From positions 682,001 through 746,000 of the forward strand of contig JANJGN010000088.1 of the NCBI GenBank assembly GCA_026770705.1: a DNA stretch of 64,000 nucleotides, given 5' to 3'. A program made the position numbers and the translations under genes. How positions within the stretch are numbered: position 1 is the first letter of the stretch; every line of letters begins with the position of its first letter. The notes beneath the pieces are model-generated. The model searched no databases. It was given only the letters and a program-made list of their open reading frames with translations, and was not told the DNA's origin. This DNA is from Isurus oxyrinchus. Its lineage: Eukaryota. Shown piece after piece: positions 1 to 9,755 of the stretch.

Positions 1-254
1 TGAAGTACTCGGTAAAACATTTGCTTTTTATCTAGTCTCTTGGACATGAAACTGGAGATGGGATTGCATAAATTATCCCCGAGCTCCAGCAAAGGGGCCC
101 TTCTGTCACTACATCTTATTTGTGGCTTGCTCTGCCACTGCAAACTAATCATCTTTCTTCACAGAGACTTATCTACAATAACCTGCTTTTATATATCACC
201 TTTAGTGTGGACAGAGGTCTAAAGTTCTGCATTGGAGAGTAATCGGACAGAAAT

Positions 255-570
255 TGATAAAGAACCAAAGGAGGAGGCGGGGGGAGAGGTCGTTTTTATG
301 GAGCGTCTTAAAGGAGGAGAGAGGGTTGGCCATGTAATTGTGATTCAGGGATAGACTTACACAGAGCAGGGTCTAGATGGCTGATGGACAGCTGCTACTG
401 TTAGGGCGAAGGGAGTGTGGGGTGTACAAGAGGTTAATGTTGGTGGAAAGCAGCATTTTCAGATGGTTATTGGGCTGGCAAATGTGACAGAGATTTGGAG
501 AGGCAAGGCCAGAGAGATGTCAACACCTAGGATAAGAATTTTGAAATGGAGGCAATCCGAGGCTGTCTCC
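255..570 (-). mobile_element. Decayed L2-type LINE/SINE 3' tail in the intron upstream of the first CH exon
   Basis: ttttatggagcgtcttaaaggaggagagagg is the reverse complement of the tail at ~41515-41545 (tcctcctctaagatgctcctttaaacc). Confidence 0.55.
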
Positions 571-1136
571 AAAAAGGGCACCTCATTGATTCAATCTGCT
601 CAGTGTCACAAATCAACCATACAACAGCGGGGAGGTGGAGGGGCTGTAAGTAAATAAGCCTTTATTCAATTGTTTCCATTGCTAAGCGATCTGCATCTGC
701 CTCACTCCATTTAACAAACTGAGCTTTGCAATTAATTCACAGCGTCACATCTAAATGTTGCTCAGTCCTAGAATGCAATTGCACTCCTCACTGTGGGCCT
801 ATTGGTCACAGGCACAGCAAACAAATTCAAAATGGATACGGCAGGTTCTTAGTGCTCTGATTATGTTTTCTCAATCATAACATGCGAGTCAAGAATTGCT
901 AGACATTGCTAAAGCGACCCTTGGATTTTCTAAAGGCTCAGTTTGCTGCAAACTTAAATGCTGTGTATTTCACCCAGTATCAACTCAAGAGATTAAAACA
1001 GGTGGCAGTTTAAAGTCACTTCTGTGTTGACCTATCATCCACCAACATCAGTAGGGAGAGACCACCCTAAAATTCTGAAGCCTGCCAACACCAAATAATG
1101 TCAATCCTTCTGAAGTTTTCACTTTCCGCTTCCCAG

Positions 1137-1439
1137 AAATGTCAGTTTTTATCCAAAATCCTTCTGTTGAAGAGGTTTGGATCAACAAGACTGCTACCCT
1201 GGTGTGTACAGTGGTCTGTTCAGATCCGAGCCAAGTCTGCATCACATGGAACATGAACGGGCAGGAGCGAAGTAAAGGGGTTTCAACCCAGCGACAGAGA
1301 GAGGAAGGAACACAATACATCGTCACCAGCCGACTCCGAACCACTGCAGAGGAATGGGACAGCGGGGTGGAGTTCGTGTGCTCTGCTCAAAGTGGTTCCT
1401 CATCCTCACCCATTTCAAAACGGGCAAAAAGTGTAAAAG
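1137..1439 (+). CDS. IgW: Ig heavy-chain constant exon (probable IgW CH3)
   Basis: Acceptor ttcccag at 1136, donor g|gtggg at 1440, phase 1/1. C1-set Ig fold: ATLVC...ITW...SRL..EEWDSGVEFVC. N-glycosylation site NKT. Confidence 0.92.
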
Positions 1440-1529
1440 GTGGGCGAGAGATCAGAAATTACATAACTAACTTTGTTCACTTTCAGGGAAGGAATTTAAC
1501 AGCTTCTTTGTTTTGCCTGTCTATTCCAG

Positions 1530-1847
1530 TCGAGCCAAAAAGTCCCAAGGTCAGATTGCTGTTTCAACCAACTGACGAGATCAAAGGAAAGAGCACAGCC
1601 ACACTCGAGTGTGTGATCACTGGATTCTACCCAGACCTCATAAATGTCACCTGGGAGAAAGATGGTGCTGTGATCTCCTCCAAGGCCCACGCTGGACACA
1701 CTGCTCTGGAACAGGCCGGGACATTCTGCGTCAGGCACTACCTGACTGTGAGTGCAGAGGAATGGAGGAAAGGATCAACCTTCACCTGTGCAGTGTCTCA
1801 TCCACCCTCCAACTTCAACACCAGTGAGACGGTGAAGAACTTCCAAG
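1530..1847 (+). CDS. IgW: Ig heavy-chain constant exon (probable IgW CH4)
   Basis: Acceptor ctattccag at 1529, donor ag|gtatgt at 1848. VEPKSPKVRLL..ATLECVITGFYPD.I.VTWEKDG..TALEQ.GTF..EEW..FTCAVSHP. Confidence 0.93.
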
Positions 1848-1851
1848 GTAT

Positions 1852-2672
1852 GTGGTTATGTAGTGACTATGTGAGTGGAGTAGTATTCTAGAGGTCTGGA
1901 CAAAGAAAGAGACAATAGCATTAATGTTGTAGCTTTCACATCCTCAGGATGTGCCTCACAGCCAAAAGAGTACTTTTGTTGAGGTGTAGTCACTGTTTCA
2001 ATGCAAAGAAAGCATCAACTAATTTGCATAAGGCAAGGCCCGATAAACTGCATTATGATGAAGACCAGGTAATCTGTTAAATTTTGGCCCCTCTCCCCTT
2101 TTTTGCCAAAATGGCGACAATGTGATCTCTTTGGCTGGCCTGAGAAGGGGCCGTGGCTTAATGTCTCTTACTGAGAGACGGCATACCCAACAGTGCCGCA
2201 TTCCCTCAGTATCGGCATGGGGTTTGTCATTCTTGATTTTGTGCTCAAGTATCCGTAGTGGGTCGTGAACGCACAACCATCGCATGTAGAGGAGCTTGCC
2301 CTACCAACGTGCCAAGGTTGACACGTACAATCACTAATGCAGACAACTGAGTTCAAATCTAAGACAGCTTGAGAATTTGAATTCAGTTGCAGAAAGTAAA
2401 AATTGGTAATAAAACGTTAGAATCAGTAAAGTGACCTTGAAGGCGTTAGATTGTCATTAAAAACCCAACAGGTTTGTTCATCTTCCTTGAGGGAAGGATA
2501 CCTGCTGTCCTTACCCTGTCTGCCCCAGATGTGGCAACAGGCACAGACCAATGTGGCTGATTCAGAGCTGCCCTCTGAAAGAGTCGAACAAGCCACTATT
2601 GTACGTGTGGCGATGTGAATGAAATGCCAGCCTTGCAAGCCATGTCCACATCCCATGAGGGAATCACGAAAT
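1852..2672 (+). mobile_element. Short tRNA-headed retroposon (about 1852-1900 plus 2330-2672) split by a second SINE
   Basis: Head, body (gaattcag..gtaaagtgacc..aaaacccaac..gggaagga) and tail (aaatgccagccttgc..cacatcccatga) align with copies at 9412-9755 and 43890-44258. Confidence 0.65.
1915..2325 (-). mobile_element. tRNA-derived SINE
   Basis: Paralogous to 5095-5440 (gtgctcaagtatc..gaacgcacaacc, a reverse B-box region). Confidence 0.7.
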
Positions 2673-2695
2673 AACAATGATAATTTTTCTTGCAG

Positions 2696-3016
2696 ATGAA
2701 TGTTTGGACACTGGGATCTCAGTCACCTTAAGGAAGCCTCCTTTTGAAGAGATCTGGAGGAACAGGACAGCGACTATACTTTGCGAGGTACTTCACAGTG
2801 ATTTAGAGGGAGTCAGGGTAACCTGGCAGGCGGATGGAATCAAGAGAGAAGATGGAGTGAAGACTCAGGGTCCCAAGAGGAATGGAGACAAAGACATGAT
2901 CTTCAGCAGACTGACAGTCCCTGCTGCAGAGTGGGAGAGTGGGGTAGAGTATTTGTGTTTGGTGGAGGACAAGAGTTTGCCAACGCCTGAGAAGAGGTCA
3001 ATCAGGAAAGCCCAAG
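2696..3016 (+). CDS. IgW: Ig heavy-chain constant exon (probable IgW CH5)
   Basis: Acceptor tttttcttgcag at 2695, donor ag|gtacgt at 3017. DECLDTGISVTLRKPPFEEIW..TATILCEV..SDLEGVRVTW..AEWESGVEYLCLVEDKSLPTP. The N-terminal Cys is a likely interchain Cys. Confidence 0.93.
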
Positions 3017-3454
3017 GTACGTGTGGATGAAGCTGTGGGTCTGGTCTGAGAAAATGAAGTGATTTATGACCATCAAGTGGTAAACTATCTAGTATGGGGT
3101 GTCACACCGTGTTAATGGCCCAGAGATGTGCGAACCCTGCTAAGAAATGGATCAGATAAAACCTCAAATCTCCACAATGGCCTCACTCCAAACCACACAA
3201 GTCTTTGTGGGATGGGTTCACAGTGAGGGGAGATAGACGGAGAGGAATTAGCAGCTATCACAACATTAAGAAGTGCCTGAAACAAGCCAGCTATTGGAGC
3301 GGTGAGAGAGGTCCGTCTGAGATGTAGGTTGAAGATGAGCAAGTCCATTAAGAGGAAAGGGAGACGGAGCAGACACCACAAGACAAGATTAATTCCTGAA
3401 GCCTACCTCTTTGCAACAGTAAGCAGGGGCTGGGAAGTGGATCTCTGATATTTC

Positions 3455-3790
3455 TAAGAGAATCATGGAGCACAGGAGGCCATTTGGTCCATCATGCCTG
3501 TGCCAGCTCTTTGCAAGAGCTATTCAATTAATCTGACAGCCAATCTGCTCTTTCCCAATAGGCTTAAAATTTGCTCCTTTCCAAGCACATGTCCAATTCC
3601 CTTGTGAAAGTTGCTATTTAACTGCTTCCACCACCCTCCTTCAGACAGCGCATTTCAAATAATCATAACTCGCAGAGCAAAAAAAAATTCTCATCTTCCC
3701 ACTGGTTCATTTGCCAGCCCCTCTTTAATATCTGCCCTCTGTTTACTGACTCTCCTGCCAGTGAAATCCCTCATGATTGTAAGGCTTTTG
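3455..3790 (-). mobile_element. CR1 LINE 3' fragment
   Basis: agaatcatggagcacaggaggccatt... and gcttccaccacc...ttcagacagcgcatt match other CR1 3' ends in the window (e.g. 18785-19170). Confidence 0.65.
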
Positions 3791-4083
3791 ATTATTTCGA
3801 TCATTTTAAGGTCAGCACATCCCTATTAACCATCCGCACACTGTTCCTGCAGATTCCCAGTGGTTCATTGCCTCCCGAAGTTCAAAATCAGCAAGATTGA
3901 TGATCCTGCCCCTTGCACCCTACCCCAACAATGGCCAGAAAGAGGTCATTGCCTTTACTTTCTGATATAGGAGGGGTCCCTGGGGACGCAGAAGTTGCCC
4001 AGATTTGTGTTAAGAGCAGAACGTGTCGAGTGAATGCAGGATGAGAGGGGGCTCAGTCTAACCTACATTATCTCTGTTTCCAG

Positions 4084-4466
4084 TTGACATTAAGACTCAC
4101 CCTCAAGTCTACCTCCTTCCCCCTTCGCAAGATGAGATGGAGACAGACCACACCGCGACCCTGGTTTGCCTGGTCACCGGATTCTCCCCTGCAGAGATCT
4201 ACCTGGCCTGGATGGCCAATGACACCCTTCTGAAGTCAGGATTTGTGAACCAGCCGGTGACTGAGGATGGCAGAAGTGGCTGGAACTCGGGCAGTCGGTT
4301 GACAGTCTCCGCAGACGAGTGGAACAGCGGCACCACTTACTCCTGTGTGGTGGGACACGAGTCAGTCACAACAAATCTGTTCAGGAGCATCAATAAATCT
4401 CACAGCAAACCCACGCTGGTCAACGTGTCACTTGTTCTAACTGATGGCTTCAAATCCTGTTCATAG
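4084..4466 (+). CDS. IgW: Terminal Ig heavy-chain constant exon plus secretory tail (probable IgW CH6-sec)
   Basis: Acceptor tctctgtttccag at 4083. HPQVYLLPPS..ATLVCLVTGFSP..AWMANDT..EWNSGTTYSCVVGHES..RSINKSHS-KPTLVNVSLVLTDGFKSCS*. The tail has an NVS glycan site and a penultimate Cys. From recalled family sequences, KSHSKPTLVNVSLVL fits IgW better than IgNAR (KSNGKPSSVNVS). Confidence 0.92.
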
Positions 4467-4798
4467 CATCTAACGATTCAATCACCCATTTACACAATCC
4501 CTGTAAATGGATGGTTAAGACAACCAGAGGATTGTTGTGGTTGCTATGAAATCTCGCTTCTTGTCCCAGATCACTTGAAAATGTGAACAAAATCTGACCT
4601 TGTTCAATACCTGAGGAAGAAATTATTTAAATTCAACCATCTGATCCTGCAACAAACATCGTTCTCTCCAAACGGCTGAAGTCCTGAGTTTGTTTTCAAA
4701 CATTTTTTGTGCTGCATTTGACCAAGTGTGAAACCGGTGTGAGATCCCAAGAAGGGTTCATTGTATGTGGCAAAATGTCAACATACTGATCCAATTTT

Positions 4799-4852
4799 AA
4801 TAAACATAATGTGAAAAGGTTTCAGTTTTGAGTGTTCATTGTTGTTGTGTTT
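4799..4852 (+). terminator. Secretory-form polyadenylation signal
   Basis: AATAAA at 4799-4804 followed by a GT-rich downstream element (gttttgagtgttcattgttgttgtgttt). Confidence 0.8.
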
Positions 4853-5094
4853 CGGGAGACAGTAAATGAGTATCTTCGAACATGATGTGTGGTGAGTGTA
4901 ACATGCTTGTGAGGAACAGGGGTCCTTGGACCTATGGTTTCCAATGCTCCCACCATTGGGCTTACCTCGCCTCCTGTCTGGGTTTATTGTGGACTAATTG
5001 ATAAGAGACTGGTTGCTATGATTAGTGCACAACTCCATTATCCTTGTATCATCCGAACATCAGGGTGGCTTTGGTCTATCTTGGTTCACCAATT

Positions 5095-5440
5095 CCAATT
5101 TGCGCACAGTAATTCCCACCATACGAACTGTGATAATGACCAGATCATCTGGTTTTAGGTGTTTTGGTTGAGGGATAAATGTTGGCTGGCTCAGAACATT
5201 GCAGAGTACTCCCCTGCTCTTCTTCCAATTGTGCTGTGGGACCATTTACAAGTTCACATCAACCTGAGGGCCATCGTTTAATGCCTCATTTGAAAGGCGG
5301 CACCTCCTGCACAGCAGCACTTTCTCAGTCCTGCATTGGAGTGTCGGCCTGAATTATGCACTCAAGTATCTGGAGTGGAACTTGAACCCACAATTTTCTG
5401 ATCCAGGGGTGAGATTGCGATGCACAAAACCACATCACGG
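5095..5440 (-). mobile_element. tRNA-derived SINE
   Basis: Same family as 1915-2325. cttgaaccc is a reverse B-box. Confidence 0.7.
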
Positions 5441-6145
5441 TAATCCATGAATTGCAGACTTTCTGATCCCATTTGGTGCCTCACTCGCTCACATCACCAC
5501 TCAAGAATTTGTGCCATTGAGCGGATGTTGTACCTGGTGACTACACAAGTTCATTTAACGCTGCCTCAGGAACTGTTAGGTTGATTAAAATGTTATAGAA
5601 GCAGAGATTCAAAAAGAAGTAAATATTTGAAGTTACCAAGAATCTCACCCTGGCGATGGGGATAATCTCAGGGCGCTTCACAATCAATGGTTTGTTTGCG
5701 GATTAGAGTGTTTTTGGAGTCAGGGAGTTGAAAACTTGTGTTTGAACTGGTAGATTGGATAATACGATAGAGAAATGAGGAAACAACTGGGGTGACTGAA
5801 GGACTGAGATTTTGGAAACAGTTTTAGCATCATCTGTTGTTTGTGCACATTTGAGAGAAACAGTAAGTGTTACAGACAGAGATACTGAGAGTGACAGTGA
5901 AGCAGAAACAACGGGACAGAATCTCTGAGGGATAGAGGAAAGGCAGTGAGAGAGGGAGAAAGACAAAGTGGGAGACAGGACCAGAAGTGACAGGTCAAGA
6001 GAGAAAGACTTTTCAATTATTCACAGCTCCCAGTGCTCCTCCGCTGTGATCTCCTCCCTCGCTATTATCTTCAAACTGAGACATTGTGGACCTTGATGAA
6101 ATGCCCAGTGTCATCTTTATCAGCTCCAATTTCTCTTTGTTTCAG

Positions 6146-6288
6146 TTGACCTTCCAAATGTGATAGGAGAGGAAGGAAAGGAAGAAGTGGAAGGTTTGGA
6201 AGGAGACGACAACGCACTGACAGTTGCTGCCTTTGCCATTCTGTTTATTCTAAGTTTCCTCTACAGCACCTTTGTTACTGTTGTCAAG
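6146..6288 (+). CDS. IgW: Ig heavy-chain TM1 exon (acidic spacer plus transmembrane helix)
   Basis: Missed by the ORF track. Acceptor ttctctttgtttcag at 6145, donor aag|gtaacc at 6289. (V)DLPNVIGEEGKEEVEGLEGDDNALTVAAFAILFILSFLYSTFVTVVK contains the CART motif (LF.LS..YST.VT). Confidence 0.93.
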
Positions 6289-6524
6289 GTAACCAGACTT
6301 TAACTATCAAATGAACAACAACGTACTCATACTGTAAAGTCACGATTTATCTTCAATTTATCGCCACATATTATTTGACTCTGAGATTCCAGCTATCAGA
6401 CTGGGTGCAGACGGACAGCGCAGTGGGGAACCTTTCACAGCCACTGGCACCTTGAAGATTTTCTCTTTACCTGATCTGAGGGTCTTGATTCACCCCAGAA
6501 GAAGGTCAGATTCCCTGTCCTTGA

Positions 6525-7281
6525 GGCCCCATGTCCCAGAATACGGACAGACCACCTCTCCATAAGGCCCCATGTCCCAGAATACGGACAGACCACCTCT
6601 CCATAAGGCCCCATACCCCAGAATACGGTCAGACCACCTCTCCATAAGGCCCCATGTCCCAGAATACGGTCAGACCACCTCTCCATAAGGCCCCATGTCC
6701 CAGAATACGGTCAGACCACCTCTCCATAAGGCCCCATGCCCCAGAATACGGTCAGACCACCGCTCCATAAGGCCCCATGTCCCAGAATACGGACAGACCA
6801 CCTCTCCATAAGGCCCCATGTCCCAGAATACAGTCAGACCACCTCTCCATAAAGCCCCATGTCCCAGAATACGGTCAGACCACCTCTCCATAAGGCCCCA
6901 TGCCCCAGAATACGGACAGACCACCTCTCCTTTAGGCTCCATGTCCCAGAATATGGACAGACCACCTCTCCATAAGGCTCCATGTCCCAGAATACGGTCA
7001 GACCACCTCTCCATAAGGCCCCATGTCCCAGAATACGGTCAGACCACCTCTCCATAAGGCCCCATGCCCCAGAATACGGTCAGACCACCGCTCCATAAGG
7101 CCCCATGTCCCAGAATACGGACAGACCACCTCTCCATAAGGCCCCATGTCCCAGAATACAGTCAGACCACCTCTCCATAAAGCCCCATGTCCCAGAATAC
7201 GGTCAGACCACCTCTCCATAAGGCCCCATGTCCCAGAATATGGTCAGACCACCTCTCCATAAGGCCCCATGTCCCAGAATA
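6525..7281. repeat. 41-bp minisatellite, ~18 near-perfect copies, with decayed copies continuing at ~7745-8230
   Basis: Unit GGCCCCATGTCCCAGAATACGGTCAGACCACCTCTCCATAA. It explains the repetitive ORFs at 6435-7353. Confidence 0.97.
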
Positions 7282-7745
7282 AGAACATAAGAAATAGGAA
7301 CAGGAGTAGACCATTCGGCCCATTGAACCTGCTGCGCCATTCAATAAGATCATGGCTGATCTTCTTGTGTTTCGATTTCCACATTCTGATCTAACCCCAA
7401 TAACCTTTGATGCCCTTGCCTAACAAGAATCTATCTACTTCTGTCTTAAAAATATTCAATGGCCCCGCCTCCACCACCTACTGAGGCAGAGAATTCCAAA
7501 GTCGCACACCCATCCAAGAAAAAATTTCTCCTTATCTCTGCCCAAAAAGGTTGACCCCTACTGTTAAAACAGTGCCCCCCTGTTCAGGTCTCACCCACAA
7601 GAGGAAACATCCTTTCCACATGCACCTTGTCAAGGCTGTTCAGGATCTTTTATACTTCAATCAGATGACCCCTCACTCTTCTAAACTCCAGTGGAAACAA
7701 GCCCAGTCTGTCCAACCTTTCCCCGTAGGACGGCCCACTCATTCC
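7281..7745 (-). mobile_element. CR1 LINE 3' end inserted in the minisatellite
   Basis: aagaacataagaaatagg.. microsatellite-type tail, as at 11207. Confidence 0.85.
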
Positions 7746-8321
7746 CCACGTCCCAGAATGAGGTCAGACAACCTGTCCTTTAGGGTCCATCTCCCAGCAC
7801 AGGGTCAGACCACCTCTTCTTTAGGTCCCATGTCCCAGAATAGGGTCAGACCACCTCTCCTTTATACTCCATGTCCCAGAATAGAGTCGGACAACCTCTC
7901 CTTAAGGCCGCATGTTACAGCATACGAACAGACCACCTCTCCTTCAGCATCCACCTCTAAGAATAAGATTGGACCAGTTGTCCTGTAGGCCCCTGTCTCC
8001 AAGAACAAGGGCAGTTTGTTCTGTTGGGTTACACGACATTTAACCTTGGGAAACACAAGACAGTAACTATGACCCTGAACAACAGCATCCTCAATAATCA
8101 CGGTCTGAAGCACAAAGAAGAAGTCATTTTGCAGGCCTCATCTCCCAGAATAAGGACAAACCCCTTTTGCTTTAGGGTCCATCTCCCAGAATAAGGACAA
8201 ATCCCCTGTCATTTGGGGTCCATTTCCTAATAGACAGACAAGACTATCTGGCTTTTTGGGTTATACCACCTAATATATGATTGGCACACAAATGTATCTT
8301 ACTCCGCTGTTTATATTACAG

Positions 8322-8333
8322 GTGCAGCAGTGA
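8322..8333 (+). CDS. IgW: Ig heavy-chain TM2 exon (cytoplasmic tail VQQ*)
   Basis: Acceptor ctgtttatattacag at 8321, then GTG CAG CAG TGA. Phase 0 matches TM1. Lies in unique sequence followed by AATAAA. Confidence 0.72.
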   Translation: MQQ

Positions 8334-8750
8334 CCAGCAGATACATATGGCTCACATTCAGACTTATACAAGATGTGAATTGTCCAGAGATATCCCTGTG
8401 ATGTTGGGAATGGAGCTTTCCATCGCACACTGGAAAATACTCAGCTACTGCACTGCAACAGCTCATTCTGGGAGATAAAACTTCAAATAGACTGGGGAAG
8501 ATTGGGAAGGGGAATTGGGATGGGAGGGGTGAGCTTGGAAGAAGAGAGGGGAGCGGGAATAGGGAGCAGGGGAGATGGGAATGGGGGAGTCGGGAAAGGG
8601 GAGTCAGGAGGGAGTATGAGTATGGGAAGGAGGGAAGGGATGATTCTCTGGGTCTTGTCTAAAGTATTCTTAAAAAATGTTCAGATTACTGCCTGCAGCT
8701 TTTTCAAAAATGTTTTCACTGATATTAAAGATTTGGTCTGAAATTAAATC

Positions 8751-8756
8751 AATAAA
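8751..8756 (+). terminator. Membrane-form polyadenylation signal
   Basis: AATAAA ~420 nt after the TM2 stop, with gtggttgtgtg downstream. Confidence 0.65.
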
Positions 8757-8841
8757 AAATGAAAACATGAAATAAGTGGTTGTGTGAAGAGATGGATAGA
8801 ACTGAGGGAGATTGAGTGCACTCATTGGGCAAATATACCGA

Positions 8842-9350
8842 GGACCAGATATCGGAGGATATTCCCAGCCCCATGTATGAGTGAATCCCCCCAATTACTG
8901 GGGAATATAACCAGGGATCAGATATTGGAGGATATTCCCAGCCCCATGTATGAGTGAATCCCCCCAGTTACTGGGGAATATTCCCAAGGGCAGATTTTGG
9001 AGGATATTCCCAGCTCCATGTATGAGTGAATCCCCCAGTTACTGGGGAATATAACCAGGGACCAGATATTGGAGGATATTCCCAGCTCCATGTATGAGTG
9101 AATCCCCCAGTTACTGGGGAATGTAACCAGGGACCAGATATTGGAGGATATTCCCAGCCCCATGTATGAATGAATCCCCCCGGTTACTGGGGAATATGCC
9201 CAAGGGCAGATATTGGAGTATATTCCCAGCTCCATGTATGAGTGAATTCCCCAGTTACTGGGGAATACACCCACAGAACCAGACATTGATTCCCAGTCCC
9301 ATGTATCTCCTAGTTATTGAGGAATACACACCTAAGACCAGATATTGAAG
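8842..9350. repeat. 72-bp tandem repeat, ~7 well-conserved copies
   Basis: Unit GGACCAGATATTGGAGGATATTCCCAGCCCCATGTATGAGTGAATCCCCCAGTTACTGGGGAATATAACCAG. It gives the 24-aa periodicity in ORF 8918..9286. Confidence 0.95.
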
Positions 9351-9411
9351 GAGTTTCACAGTCTGCTGAATGAATATACCCCAATCACATTCACTAGGGA
9401 AACAGGAGGAG

Positions 9412-9755
9412 ATGGTGCCAGAGTGGTAGTCACTGGATTAGTAATCCAAGGGTCAGGCTAAAGCTCTAGGGACATGGGTTCAAATCCCACCATGACAGCT
9501 GGTGGAATTTAAATTCAGTTAATAAAATCAGGGATTCAAAGCTCATCTCAGTAATGGTGACCATGAACTATCATTGATTGTTGTAAAAACCCATCTGGTT
9601 CACTGATGTCCTTCAGGGAAGGAAATCTGCTGTCCTTACCTGGTCTGGTCTACATCAGACTCCAGACCTACAGCAATGTGGTTGGCTCTTAGCTGCCCTC
9701 TGAAATGGCCTAGCAAGCCACATTCAAGGCTAATTAGGGATGGGCAACATGCATG
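9412..9755 (+). mobile_element. Short tRNA-headed retroposon (SINE-like)
   Basis: B-box GGTTCAAATCC at 9477-9487 and tail aattagggatgggcaa. Confidence 0.85.

Noticed and set aside
40-222. Cys-containing ORF as a possible IgW-short secretory tail exon
   Set aside because: The candidate acceptors (36, 163) hit stops within a few codons in phase 1, and there is no supporting similarity. The upstream context is outside the window.
4392-4397. AATAAA inside CH6
   Set aside because: It simply encodes Asn-Lys of INKS and has no GT-rich downstream element.
1137-4466. IgNAR (C2-C5) or IgM assignment
   Set aside because: The domains are homologous to IgNAR C2-C5, but the tail and CH motifs fit recalled IgW sequences better, and the layout does not fit IgM. 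A BLASTP is needed to be definitive.
4855-5060. Unique-looking block after the secretory poly(A) site
   Set aside because: It is probably an unclassified interspersed repeat. There is no second copy in the window and no motif support, so it was not called.
6525-7281. CRISPR array or class-switch region
   Set aside because: The DNA is eukaryotic and has no unique spacers. The unit lacks AGCT hotspots and lies 3' of the C exons.
6435-7353. Repetitive ORFs (MERWSDRILGHG...) and similar ORFs at 8918-9286 and 26263-26708
   Set aside because: These are translations of 41-, 72- and 54-bp tandem repeats.
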